A stretch of 22,499 nucleotides of DNA from a virus: the IMG/VR virus record IMGVR_UViG_3300048080_000333; one strand, given 5' to 3'. Under the pieces are notes generated by a model. It made no database searches. It saw only the letters and a program-made list of their open reading frames with translations, and was not told where the DNA came from. The stretch's first letter is position 1; every line of letters begins with the position of its first letter. This document shows positions 1 to 6,371 of this stretch, piece after piece. The translations under genes and the position numbers were made by a program.

Positions 1-55
1 ATACACAGAACACCGAAGGTACCCTGCCTCTCCCCAGGATATGCACCCTGACTAG

Positions 56-516
56 TGGGAAGATACCTTCCCTCTAACGATCAGGAGCCCCAAAGTTACA
101 GTAAAACTGATGAAAACCTCCTTAGAGATGACTTTCAGATGACTGGGAACCTCCCGCGATCTTCCGCGGGGTACTCCCTTTTCCAGAGCGTAGCCATTGG
201 GATCCCCGAGGCCGTTCCTGTTCCTCCCGAACCCGATCCGACTCGTGGCACCACTCTACCAAGGGCTGGGATGATCCCTGGGATCGGGTGGGACACGTCC
301 CAGTGACCTCTTGGTACCGTCTCGAAGTCGCAGAGATAGCCTGCGACAAGCCGCTGGGACAACCCTGGTATTGAGTGGGATCGTCGTAGCAGCGAGTTAT
401 AGGGCTGGGATACCCTTAGAGAACCTAGAGTATCCCACCTCACCCAAAGGGAGAGGGGTCCTCGAACAGCCCCTCTCTATCTCCCTCCAAAAATTGTCCC
501 GACTCGGTTCGTCCCA
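56..516. repeat. Cluster of 12 TGGGA/TCCCA pentamers (iteron-like)
   Basis: TGGGA at 56, 144, 198, 267, 279, 289, 355, 376, 406; TCCCA at 298, 433, 512; AGGGCTGGGAT twice (262, 401); no credible CDS here. Confidence 0.6.
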
Positions 517-532
517 GACCCCCAACGGGGTC

Positions 533-561
533 TTGACAAGCCACCTCGAAGCATCTACGAT
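533..561 (+). promoter_or_regulatory. sigma70-type promoter, probably leaderless
   Basis: TTGACA(533-538)-N17-TACGAT(556-561); ATG 569 falls at the expected +1. Confidence 0.8.
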
Positions 562-568
562 AGGAGGC

Positions 569-1102
569 ATGGACCAGGTGCTTCAGCAACAGTTGCTCGG
601 GGATGCAAGGGCAACCGACCTCTACTCGCTTCCCCTACCCAGTGTCAACTGGGCCAAAGCGGTCGTCGACGAGATCGTGGCTCGGTTCCGGCCAGACCTC
701 GATGTGGTAGTCAGATACACTCCCCGGCGCCCGGCCGGCACGGCCAAGTCCCTTCGGTGTCGCGGCCTGGCAGGGTACCTGTTGGTCGGGCACCACATCC
801 CGTTCCGCGGCGGGTGCCGAATCAACCTTTACTCGGGTGGTCGCGATGTCGGGACGCTCGCCCACGAACTCGCGCATGCCGTGTCGAACAGAGACCACGG
901 GTATGCCTTCAAGTTGGCCCATTCGCAAATACTCGATCTTCTCGAACAGTTGCCAGAGGTTGCCAAAGGCAACGAGGCAACGGGTTGCCTTTTGGCAACG
1001 CGGGGGTGCGAAGGTTCGATGCTGTCCAAAACCCCCTCGTGGGATGGTTCAGCAGACACGGGTTCGAGTCCCGTCACCTCCACCACCCCGGATCGGGCTT
1101 GA
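569..1102 (+). CDS. Zincin-like metalloprotease (SprT/WLM-like HExxH)
   Basis: TLAHELAH...HGYAF motif; start moved from 311 to ATG 569 on promoter position; last ~50 codons overlap repeats and an RNA gene. Confidence 0.7.
   Translation: MDQVLQQQLLGDARATDLYSLPLPSVNWAKAVVDEIVARFRPDLDVVVRYTPRRPAGTAKSLRCRGLAGYLLVGHHIPFRGGCRINLYSGGRDVGTLAHELAHAVSNRDHGYAFKLAHSQILDLLEQLPEVAKGNEATGCLLATRGCEGSMLSKTPSWDGSADTGSSPVTSTTPDRA
949..999. repeat. Six GTTGCC/GGCAAC half-sites forming nested inverted repeats
   Basis: GTTGCC at 949, 959, 984; GGCAAC at 968, 976, 994. Confidence 0.8.
1002..1085 (+). ncRNA. ssrA-like: Miniature tmRNA: tRNA-like domain only, no tag reading frame
   Basis: Acceptor GGGGGTG/CACCTCC with G3.U70, A73 and CCA; stemless D-loop CGAAGGTTCGA; P2 TGCTG/CAGCA followed by GAC; T-arm ACGGG-TTCGAGT-CCCGT; only 25 nt inside P2. 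Confidence 0.85.
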
Positions 1103-1128
1103 CAAACCGTGGACTCGTGAGGTAAACT
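1099..1128 (+). promoter_or_regulatory. sigma70-type promoter
   Basis: TTGACA(1099-1104)-N18-TAAACT(1123-1128). Confidence 0.7.
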
Positions 1129-1170
1129 ACTCGTAAGAATAGCCTGATTCCGTTGAAGAGGGAGTAGACC

Positions 1171-1365
1171 ATGGACCGTGAGAACTTGCTGACCCAACTG
1201 ATGCAAGACAGTCTTACAGACGCCGCGTCGGTTGCTCGGCACGAATGGGGTGCCCGGGCCGACCAGACCGCAGTAGTCATTCTCGCCGCGGCTCTCTTCT
1301 CCGAACGGGCTCGGGTAGGCACGGAGGCCCTCGAACGCGCCGTGTTCGGTCGAAAGGCTACCTGA
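1171..1365 (+). CDS. Hypothetical protein, 64 aa
   Basis: SD GAGGGAG; helical-looking sequence; TGATG coupling to next ORF. Confidence 0.7.
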   Translation: MDRENLLTQLMQDSLTDAASVARHEWGARADQTAVVILAAALFSERARVGTEALERAVFGRKAT

Positions 1366-1592
1366 TGGGCGCGCAACGCTGTTCGCGTCCATCCCGCCCC
1401 CGGCACGACCGCTGCGCCGGTTTCGGATGTCGCCGCCAACTGCCCAAACTGGCCCTGCGGTACCAGGACCGTTTTTGCTCGACTCGGTGCGCCCGAATCG
1501 CCTATGGCACCTGGCGCCCTATCGGAATGAAGGGGATCCCTGAGCGGTCGAGCCTATTCTTGTCTTTGTTGAGTTGCGGAGGCGAGCCATGA
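1365..1592 (+). CDS. Small Cys4 zinc-finger protein, 75 aa
   Basis: CAGFGC...RFCSTRC (treble-clef/TRASH-like); TGATG and ATGA overlaps at the two ends. Confidence 0.65.
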   Translation: MGAQRCSRPSRPRHDRCAGFGCRRQLPKLALRYQDRFCSTRCARIAYGTWRPIGMKGIPERSSLFLSLLSCGGEP

Positions 1593-1777
1593 GCAAAAAG
1601 TATCCGGCGCAAAGTAGCGACGAGGCCAAGAAACATGTCCCACGCTGGTTCCGTCGCGGTGCGTTGCATCGGTCCGGAGTAGTAAAGTTGTACCACAAGT
1701 TCCGCCGGGCCGTACGCCGGAATCCGAAGGCCGTCGCGCGACGGTTAGCCGTGCTACAGCAGTCCCCAAAGAGGTGA
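1589..1777 (+). CDS. Basic hypothetical protein, 62 aa
   Basis: SD GGAGG; ATGA overlap. Confidence 0.6.
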   Translation: MSKKYPAQSSDEAKKHVPRWFRRGALHRSGVVKLYHKFRRAVRRNPKAVARRLAVLQQSPKR

Positions 1778-1782
1778 TAACA

Positions 1783-2172
1783 ATGGCCACGCGATTGAAG
1801 ACTGCACGACAGATCCTGAATCTGTTGGACCGATGGTTCGTTGCACAGAAACAAGACGTTCGGGGTGCCGACGAAGGTCAAAAACTGTGGGATGTTCTCA
1901 CGGCCCTACGCGGTCCCGATATGCGTAAGTCATACAATTTGAAAAACACGACTACTTCAAGGATTCGGACAGCGGCGTTTCCTCGTTTGGCTACCAGGGG
2001 GGTGGGTGCTTTTGGGGCATCGTTTTCACAAGGAAAAATGATTCGTGTGCCTGCAGTGCTAACGACGGACCACATGCATTTTATCAAACACGTAAAAGGT
2101 GCTACGCGCGCCCTTGGACTTCGGATTCGAAAGATGAAGGCTCCGGCTTCGAAACCGGATGGGCCGTTCTAG
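1783..2172 (+). CDS. Phage hypothetical protein
   Basis: SD GAGGTG; globular-looking LWDVLTALRGPD...IRTAAFP core. Confidence 0.75.
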   Translation: MATRLKTARQILNLLDRWFVAQKQDVRGADEGQKLWDVLTALRGPDMRKSYNLKNTTTSRIRTAAFPRLATRGVGAFGASFSQGKMIRVPAVLTTDHMHFIKHVKGATRALGLRIRKMKAPASKPDGPF

Positions 2173-2642
2173 TGCCCCGGTTCGCTGTCGGTGATATCTG
2201 GCAGGAAATCGGGAAGGCCGGGGCCATCCTGGTCACCTCGAACTCCTATGTCAACTCGGCTGGGTGTCTGGTTATGGGGAGGGGTGCGGCCCGAGAGGCT
2301 GCTCTTCGCTGGCCCGCGTTGCCCCGGATCCTGGGGGACTACATCCGACAGTTTGGGGGACACCTCGGAGAGTACGGTGTCTTGTTCGTTAGCAAAAACG
2401 TCTTGGAGACCTCCAGCGACATTGGAGTCTTCCAGGTGAAGCGGCACTTCAGGGATCAGGCCTATCCGAGGCTTATCACAGCGTCGGTGTACAACCTTCG
2501 GGATTACGCCCACCGCTACGAGCGAATCGCCTTGAACTACCCCGGTATCGGAAACGGCCGGCTTCGCGAAGAGGACGTGCGTCCCCTCCTAGAGCCCTTG
2601 CCTGACAACGTTGTGATTTACAAGAAGGAGGTGGACGCCTAA
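2172..2642 (+). CDS. Macrodomain protein (DarG/TARG1-like ADP-ribosyl hydrolase family)
   Basis: GDIW, VTSN, LVMGRGAA, FQVKRHF and IALNYPGIGNGRL motifs. Confidence 0.85.
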   Translation: MPRFAVGDIWQEIGKAGAILVTSNSYVNSAGCLVMGRGAAREAALRWPALPRILGDYIRQFGGHLGEYGVLFVSKNVLETSSDIGVFQVKRHFRDQAYPRLITASVYNLRDYAHRYERIALNYPGIGNGRLREEDVRPLLEPLPDNVVIYKKEVDA

Positions 2643-2643
2643 C

Positions 2644-2781
2644 ATGGACAAAGTTGAATTCTGGATGTGGGCCGTGCTGTTCATTGTGGTGGTAATGGTC
2701 ATCGCGGCTATTCTATACACGCTCCTTCCAGTTGCCTATGTCCTTCTTATCCTCTCGGCTATGCATACGGTTCTGCGATGA
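2644..2781 (+). CDS. Small membrane protein, 45 aa (absent from ORF track)
   Basis: SD AAGGAGGT; MDKVEFWMWAVLFIVVVMVIAAILYTLLPVAYVLLILSAMHTVLR; ATGA overlap with next ORF. Confidence 0.7.
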   Translation: MDKVEFWMWAVLFIVVVMVIAAILYTLLPVAYVLLILSAMHTVLR

Positions 2782-3020
2782 GTCGCCTCACAAAGGCCGA
2801 GCGGGCGGAGATCGAAGCACAGGCGAGGACTATACAGGCCGGATTCGGAGACGTACCCGAGCCGACTAAATCGTACCTCGCTGCTAATGTGTTGCGTCTT
2901 CTCGCCTCCATCGAGTCTCTGGAGATCGTGGCGGAGGAAGCGGAAAACTTCTTACGTTCGAATAGTCATCCACAGGCCGCGTATTTCGCCGACCGTCTTC
3001 GAACAATCTTCGGGGAGTAG
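2778..3020 (+). CDS. Hypothetical helical protein, 80 aa
   Basis: ATGA-coupled start MSRLTKAERAE. Confidence 0.7.
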   Translation: MSRLTKAERAEIEAQARTIQAGFGDVPEPTKSYLAANVLRLLASIESLEIVAEEAENFLRSNSHPQAAYFADRLRTIFGE

Positions 3021-3023
3021 AGA

Positions 3024-3053
3024 TTGACAACCCCGGCGAACGTGTGGTAAGGT
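3024..3053 (+). promoter_or_regulatory. sigma70-type promoter with extended -10, probably leaderless
   Basis: TTGACA(3024-3029)-N18-TAAGGT(3048-3053) with TGTG extension; GTG 3061 at the expected +1. Confidence 0.75.
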
Positions 3054-3060
3054 TGTGGGG

Positions 3061-3384
3061 GTGACAGATCCTGCGTGGTACATCGTTACCGTCCTCGGCG
3101 TGCCGGTCGCTGGTCCCTACCATGGTGAGGATGACGCCATCACGGAATGTTGGAGGCTCCGCCGCGAAACAACGGTCGCCGGCGGGTCAGTGGACCTTCG
3201 GCGGTTTCGAGTCGTCAAACTGCTTCACGGGAAGATTGCATCCCTAGAAACATATCTCCGTGATCCGAAAGCCAAAGTGTATCGGCAAGGCGAAGTCCCG
3301 GATCACGAAGCGTTCGTCGCGCAGCAAGAAGGTCTGTGCATCGTGGTGCGGCACGAGGACGGCACGTTGGAGGTGTGTGCATGA
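3061..3384 (+). CDS. Hypothetical protein
   Basis: Open frame after promoter; ATGA overlap with next ORF. Confidence 0.7.
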   Translation: MTDPAWYIVTVLGVPVAGPYHGEDDAITECWRLRRETTVAGGSVDLRRFRVVKLLHGKIASLETYLRDPKAKVYRQGEVPDHEAFVAQQEGLCIVVRHEDGTLEVCA

Positions 3385-3842
3385 TACTACCGCCGGAGGA
3401 GCGCCAGCGCATCGCGGAGCGGGCCGAGAGAGTCGTGCGGTTAGTGGAGAAGGCACGAAGTGCAGACCCGCTGGTCGGCGGTTGGAATTGGCTGAATGAC
3501 GAGGAGTTGACGTTTCTTCATGCGACCGTACCTATGGTGGCCCAAGCATATCTCGACGTGTTGGCCTCCTTCGCGGCGGTTGAGCAGGAGCGGGATGAGG
3601 CGATTCTGGCTCATGGATATCTCGACAAAGGATTCTCTCGCGCCATATCAAGACTAGACCGCGCGACGGACGAACTCGTGCTGCTCCGTCCGATTGCGGA
3701 GGCGGCAAAGAAGCACAGGGATTCACGCCGTGGCCTTCGTGGACACGCCGACAAGGGGACGTTGAGTATGAAAGAATGGCACGGCGAGATACTAGACAAG
3801 GCGTTGGAGACGTGGCAGCAGGCCCAGGAGGACCGGACGTGA
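3381..3842 (+). CDS. Hypothetical coiled-coil protein
   Basis: SD GGAGGTG; ATGA and GTGA overlaps. Confidence 0.75.
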   Translation: MILPPEERQRIAERAERVVRLVEKARSADPLVGGWNWLNDEELTFLHATVPMVAQAYLDVLASFAAVEQERDEAILAHGYLDKGFSRAISRLDRATDELVLLRPIAEAAKKHRDSRRGLRGHADKGTLSMKEWHGEILDKALETWQQAQEDRT

Positions 3843-4330
3843 GCACGCAAGGGCCGATCAGTATAGGCATGTTCGTGCCGCCTAATCGAATCAAGATCGT
3901 ATTCAGTGAGCCGGAAACATTTGTCATAGTACATCCAGACGGGACGTTGGAGTACGGACCGGGATATACACCAGACGCTGCGGCGAAAGCGTTCTGGGAA
4001 GCCATCGTTGAGCCGCTGAGGTCTGCCCACACCGCCCTAGAGGACGCCCGCGCCCGGGTGGCGGTGCTGGAAGAAACAGGGATGGAGTTTATTGCGGCTG
4101 GAATGTTGTCAAATCCCCGGTTAGTGCAAGAAAGACGAGCGCCGTTTAGGATGGCGTTACAAGCCTCCTCCTCCCCCACTCCCGGCGAGGCGTGGAGGGC
4201 GATGGTGAAAGCCCTGGAACTCGTGAAACAAGCCATCACTCGCGCGAGCAGCGGTCTCTATGAAACGGGCGAATCACTCCAGTCCATTGAAGCCGCCCTC
4301 GCGCTGGCCCGACAGGTGACGGGGCGATGA
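3839..4330 (+). CDS. Phage hypothetical protein
   Basis: SD AGGAGG; GTGA overlap; VHPDGTLEYGPGYTPDAAAKAFWEA followed by helical region. Confidence 0.75.
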   Translation: MSTQGPISIGMFVPPNRIKIVFSEPETFVIVHPDGTLEYGPGYTPDAAAKAFWEAIVEPLRSAHTALEDARARVAVLEETGMEFIAAGMLSNPRLVQERRAPFRMALQASSSPTPGEAWRAMVKALELVKQAITRASSGLYETGESLQSIEAALALARQVTGR

Positions 4331-4512
4331 CAATTGCGAAGCGATACGAACACGATATGAAATTGTTCGTGACGGGCAGGCTGACTTTAAAAGAGTACGC
4401 ACGGATAGACGACGCTATTACGGAGGCGGTTCGGCGTACTATACGAAACCGGAAAAGGAAATGGGTTCTCTTTGGCCTTGCTTTTCGGGGAGTGCCGAGG
4501 CCCGACAGGTGA
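4327..4512 (+). CDS. Hypothetical protein, 61 aa
   Basis: ATGA overlap with upstream gene. Confidence 0.55.
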   Translation: MTIAKRYEHDMKLFVTGRLTLKEYARIDDAITEAVRRTIRNRKRKWVLFGLAFRGVPRPDR

Positions 4513-4548
4513 TGGGGTGATGACAGTGACCCCGGAGGTGAGCATACG

Positions 4549-4740
4549 ATGGGTATGAAACAACTAGAGGCGGCGATTCTGGTTGGCGCAAAGATTGTGT
4601 TCCACAACAGCAAGTTGCGCCAGAAGGACATCCGCGAGTGGTCAACGGGCAAGGTAAAACCACAGGATGGCGAGGTTGTTGCTCACATCCCAGACCCTGA
4701 AGTCTACGTCGCGATTCTCAAAGAACACGACAAGCGATGA
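4549..4740 (+). CDS. Hypothetical protein, 63 aa
   Basis: SD GGAGGTG. Confidence 0.7.
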   Translation: MGMKQLEAAILVGAKIVFHNSKLRQKDIREWSTGKVKPQDGEVVAHIPDPEVYVAILKEHDKR

Positions 4741-4780
4741 TCGGATGAAAATGGTCCTAGCAGTGTAGCAAACTACCTAC

Positions 4781-5107
4781 TTGACGACACACATGCGCTG
4801 GAGCATACAACCATGGATTCTACGCTTGTGGGGCCGCCCGATTCCGTCCCCCGAAGACTGGCTCGACACCCCCGAACTGATCGAAGCCGTCCGCGTGCTC
4901 TCGGAGCGCGAGCGCGCCGTCCTCTATCTTCGCATGGTTCAGGGACTGTCCCAAGTAGAGACCGCTCAAGTCCTGGGCATCGAAACCGCGCAATACGGAG
5001 ACAAGACGCAAGGGCGACAAGTGTTGGTCAGTCGGGCCGAAGTCAGCGCCCGAAAAAAACTGAAGATCCGCTTGTCCACGAGTACCGTCGGAACATCGAA
5101 AAACTGA
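4781..5107 (+). CDS. Stand-alone sigma70 region-4 HTH protein
   Basis: LIEAVRVLSERERAVLYLRMVQGLSQVETAQVLGI...VSRAEVSARKKLK; start TTG 4781 or ATG 4793 uncertain. Confidence 0.8.
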   Translation: MTTHMRWSIQPWILRLWGRPIPSPEDWLDTPELIEAVRVLSERERAVLYLRMVQGLSQVETAQVLGIETAQYGDKTQGRQVLVSRAEVSARKKLKIRLSTSTVGTSKN

Positions 5108-5355
5108 CGGCCCGCATCATGCGTGCCGAGGCTCTCCTTGTCAAGGCGAAGTCCCAGGGGGACACGACGGCGGCCCGTCGTCTACGGAAGAGGCTCAATA
5201 CCCTATATCGTGGTCGGGGCCAGTTGCGGCAAATTCTGAGTTACCTACTGTCTCCGTATGACCGACTACGGATTCCCAATCGGTGGTTGCGGGAAACCAC
5301 AGGTAATCGCTTGCGGATATTGGCGGCCAGTAGCGAGGGTCTCTCTGTATTGTAG
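4813..5355 (+). CDS. Hypothetical basic helical protein overlapping the sigma4 gene; true start uncertain
   Basis: C-terminal ~95 aa protein-like and fills the gap 5107-5355; ATG 4813 has GGAG 9 nt upstream; A7 slippery run at 5053-5059. Confidence 0.55.
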   Translation: MDSTLVGPPDSVPRRLARHPRTDRSRPRALGARARRPLSSHGSGTVPSRDRSSPGHRNRAIRRQDARATSVGQSGRSQRPKKTEDPLVHEYRRNIEKLTARIMRAEALLVKAKSQGDTTAARRLRKRLNTLYRGRGQLRQILSYLLSPYDRLRIPNRWLRETTGNRLRILAASSEGLSVL

Positions 5356-5388
5356 AACAGGCCCGCTGATAATCACTTTCCTTTGGAG
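5350..5388 (+). promoter_or_regulatory. Candidate phage-specific promoter, copy 1
   Basis: TTGTAGAA-N14-ATCACTTTCCTTTGGAG; same motif and spacing at 14594. Confidence 0.6.
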
Positions 5389-5397
5389 TCCTCTCTT

Positions 5398-5664
5398 ATG
5401 TTGTCCGACGTGTCAGAACGCGCTGTTCGCCAAGCCATCCAACGGATGGGGAAGAAGAACTGGCTTCCATCCACGTTGGAACTCGATGACTTGCGGCAGG
5501 AGGCCTACGTTGCAGTTCTAGAAGCCCAGGCATCTGGGATAATTGATCCGACGGATTTGCAACGACTCGCCGAGACTTGTCTACGGCGACTCATCGCTCA
5601 GGAGAAACGGTATACAGATCGTGAAGAAAGTGCCGGTCTTCTGAACGCTGACGACGATCTCTAG
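5398..5664 (+). CDS. Stand-alone sigma70 region-2-like protein, 88 aa
   Basis: AVRQAIQRM...ELDDLRQEAYVAVLEA...IDP...LRRLIAQEKR matches the region 2.1-2.4 pattern; SD GGAG. Confidence 0.7.
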   Translation: MLSDVSERAVRQAIQRMGKKNWLPSTLELDDLRQEAYVAVLEAQASGIIDPTDLQRLAETCLRRLIAQEKRYTDREESAGLLNADDDL

Positions 5665-5743
5665 AGGCCCACGGCGGCGGGCTCCTATTCCGGCCGGGAA
5701 TCACTCGCCCTACTCTCCTCGGGGGCGAGGCCCGTCGCCAATC

Positions 5744-5772
5744 TTGACAAGAGTTTGAAATCGTGGTAGGCT
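5744..5772 (+). promoter_or_regulatory. sigma70-type promoter overlapping the tRNA-Ser 5' end
   Basis: TTGACA(5744-5749)-N17-TAGGCT(5767-5772) with TG extension. Confidence 0.55.
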
Positions 5773-5852
5773 GACAGAGCGGGAATGTAGCGGTCTCGAA
5801 AACCGACGTCGGCCTCGCGGCCGTGGGGGTTCGAATCCTCCGCCTATCGCCA
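5765..5852 (+). tRNA. tRNA-Ser(CGA)
   Basis: Cloverleaf, long variable arm, G73, CCA. Confidence 0.9.
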
Positions 5853-5857
5853 AGTAG

Positions 5858-5933
5858 GGACCCGTGGCGCAACTGGTAGCGCAGCCGCCTTTTAAGCGGA
5901 CGGGTGCAGGATCGTACCCTGCCGGGTCCCCCA
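5858..5933 (+). tRNA. tRNA-Lys(TTT)
   Basis: Cloverleaf; T-loop ATCGTAC (A54/U58 swap); CCA. Confidence 0.85.
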
Positions 5934-5956
5934 AAAACTACTCGGAGGCGTGACGC

Positions 5957-6121
5957 ATGAAGTTCAACTTGGTCAAGTTCATCACGGCGAACCGAGACGT
6001 GGCCATCGCGGCGGCTGTGTTCGTCCTTGTAGCCCTGGTGAATCCATTCAAGTCGTACGGAATCATCCCGCTGGCTCTCGCCGTCGGTGCGTTCTTCGCA
6101 GCGAAGCGGTACATCAAGTAG
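5957..6121 (+). CDS. Small two-TM membrane protein, 54 aa (absent from ORF track)
   Basis: SD GGAGG; MKFNLVKFITANRDVAIAAAVFVLVALVNPFKSYGIIPLALAVGAFFAAKRYIK. Confidence 0.75.
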   Translation: MKFNLVKFITANRDVAIAAAVFVLVALVNPFKSYGIIPLALAVGAFFAAKRYIK

Positions 6122-6147
6122 CGCGGCTTGTCGAGAGGTGTAGGGAT

Positions 6148-6297
6148 ATGCGCCGAGCACTCTATAGGATGGCACGGTGGACAATCTACGCGGTCGGGCG
6201 GAAATGGACACCGGAACGGCGCTTGTCGCTTCTCGGGCACGTTTCCCGTGTTCTGTATCCCGAACTCGGGCCGTTTTCGAAAATCAAGACCGCGTAG
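6148..6297 (+). CDS. Hypothetical protein, 49 aa
   Basis: SD GAGGTG; stop abuts tRNA-Val. Confidence 0.45.
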   Translation: MRRALYRMARWTIYAVGRKWTPERRLSLLGHVSRVLYPELGPFSKIKTA

Positions 6298-6371
6298 GCT
6301 CTTAGCCCAGTTAGTAGAGCACCTGCTCGACACGCAGGAGGTCGGGGGTGCAATTCCCTCAGAGCCTACCA
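6296..6371 (+). tRNA. tRNA-Val(GAC)
   Basis: Cloverleaf; C33; A18/G55; CCA. Confidence 0.85.

Noticed and set aside
311-568. N-terminal extension of the HExxH ORF, and ORF 55-306
   Set aside because: They run through the repeat/hairpin region and the promoter, have no SD, and are not protein-like; ATG 569 fits the promoter.
1021-1050. HDV-like (theta) ribozyme suggested by CCC-CCTCGT-GGG
   Set aside because: No convincing P1, P2, P1.1 or catalytic J4/2; the tmRNA P2 pairing explains the flanks better.
1055-1085. Mere attP copy of a host tmRNA 3' end
   Set aside because: The matching 5' strand, D-loop and P2 are also present and pair fully, and no integrase is in the window. A secondary att role is not excluded.
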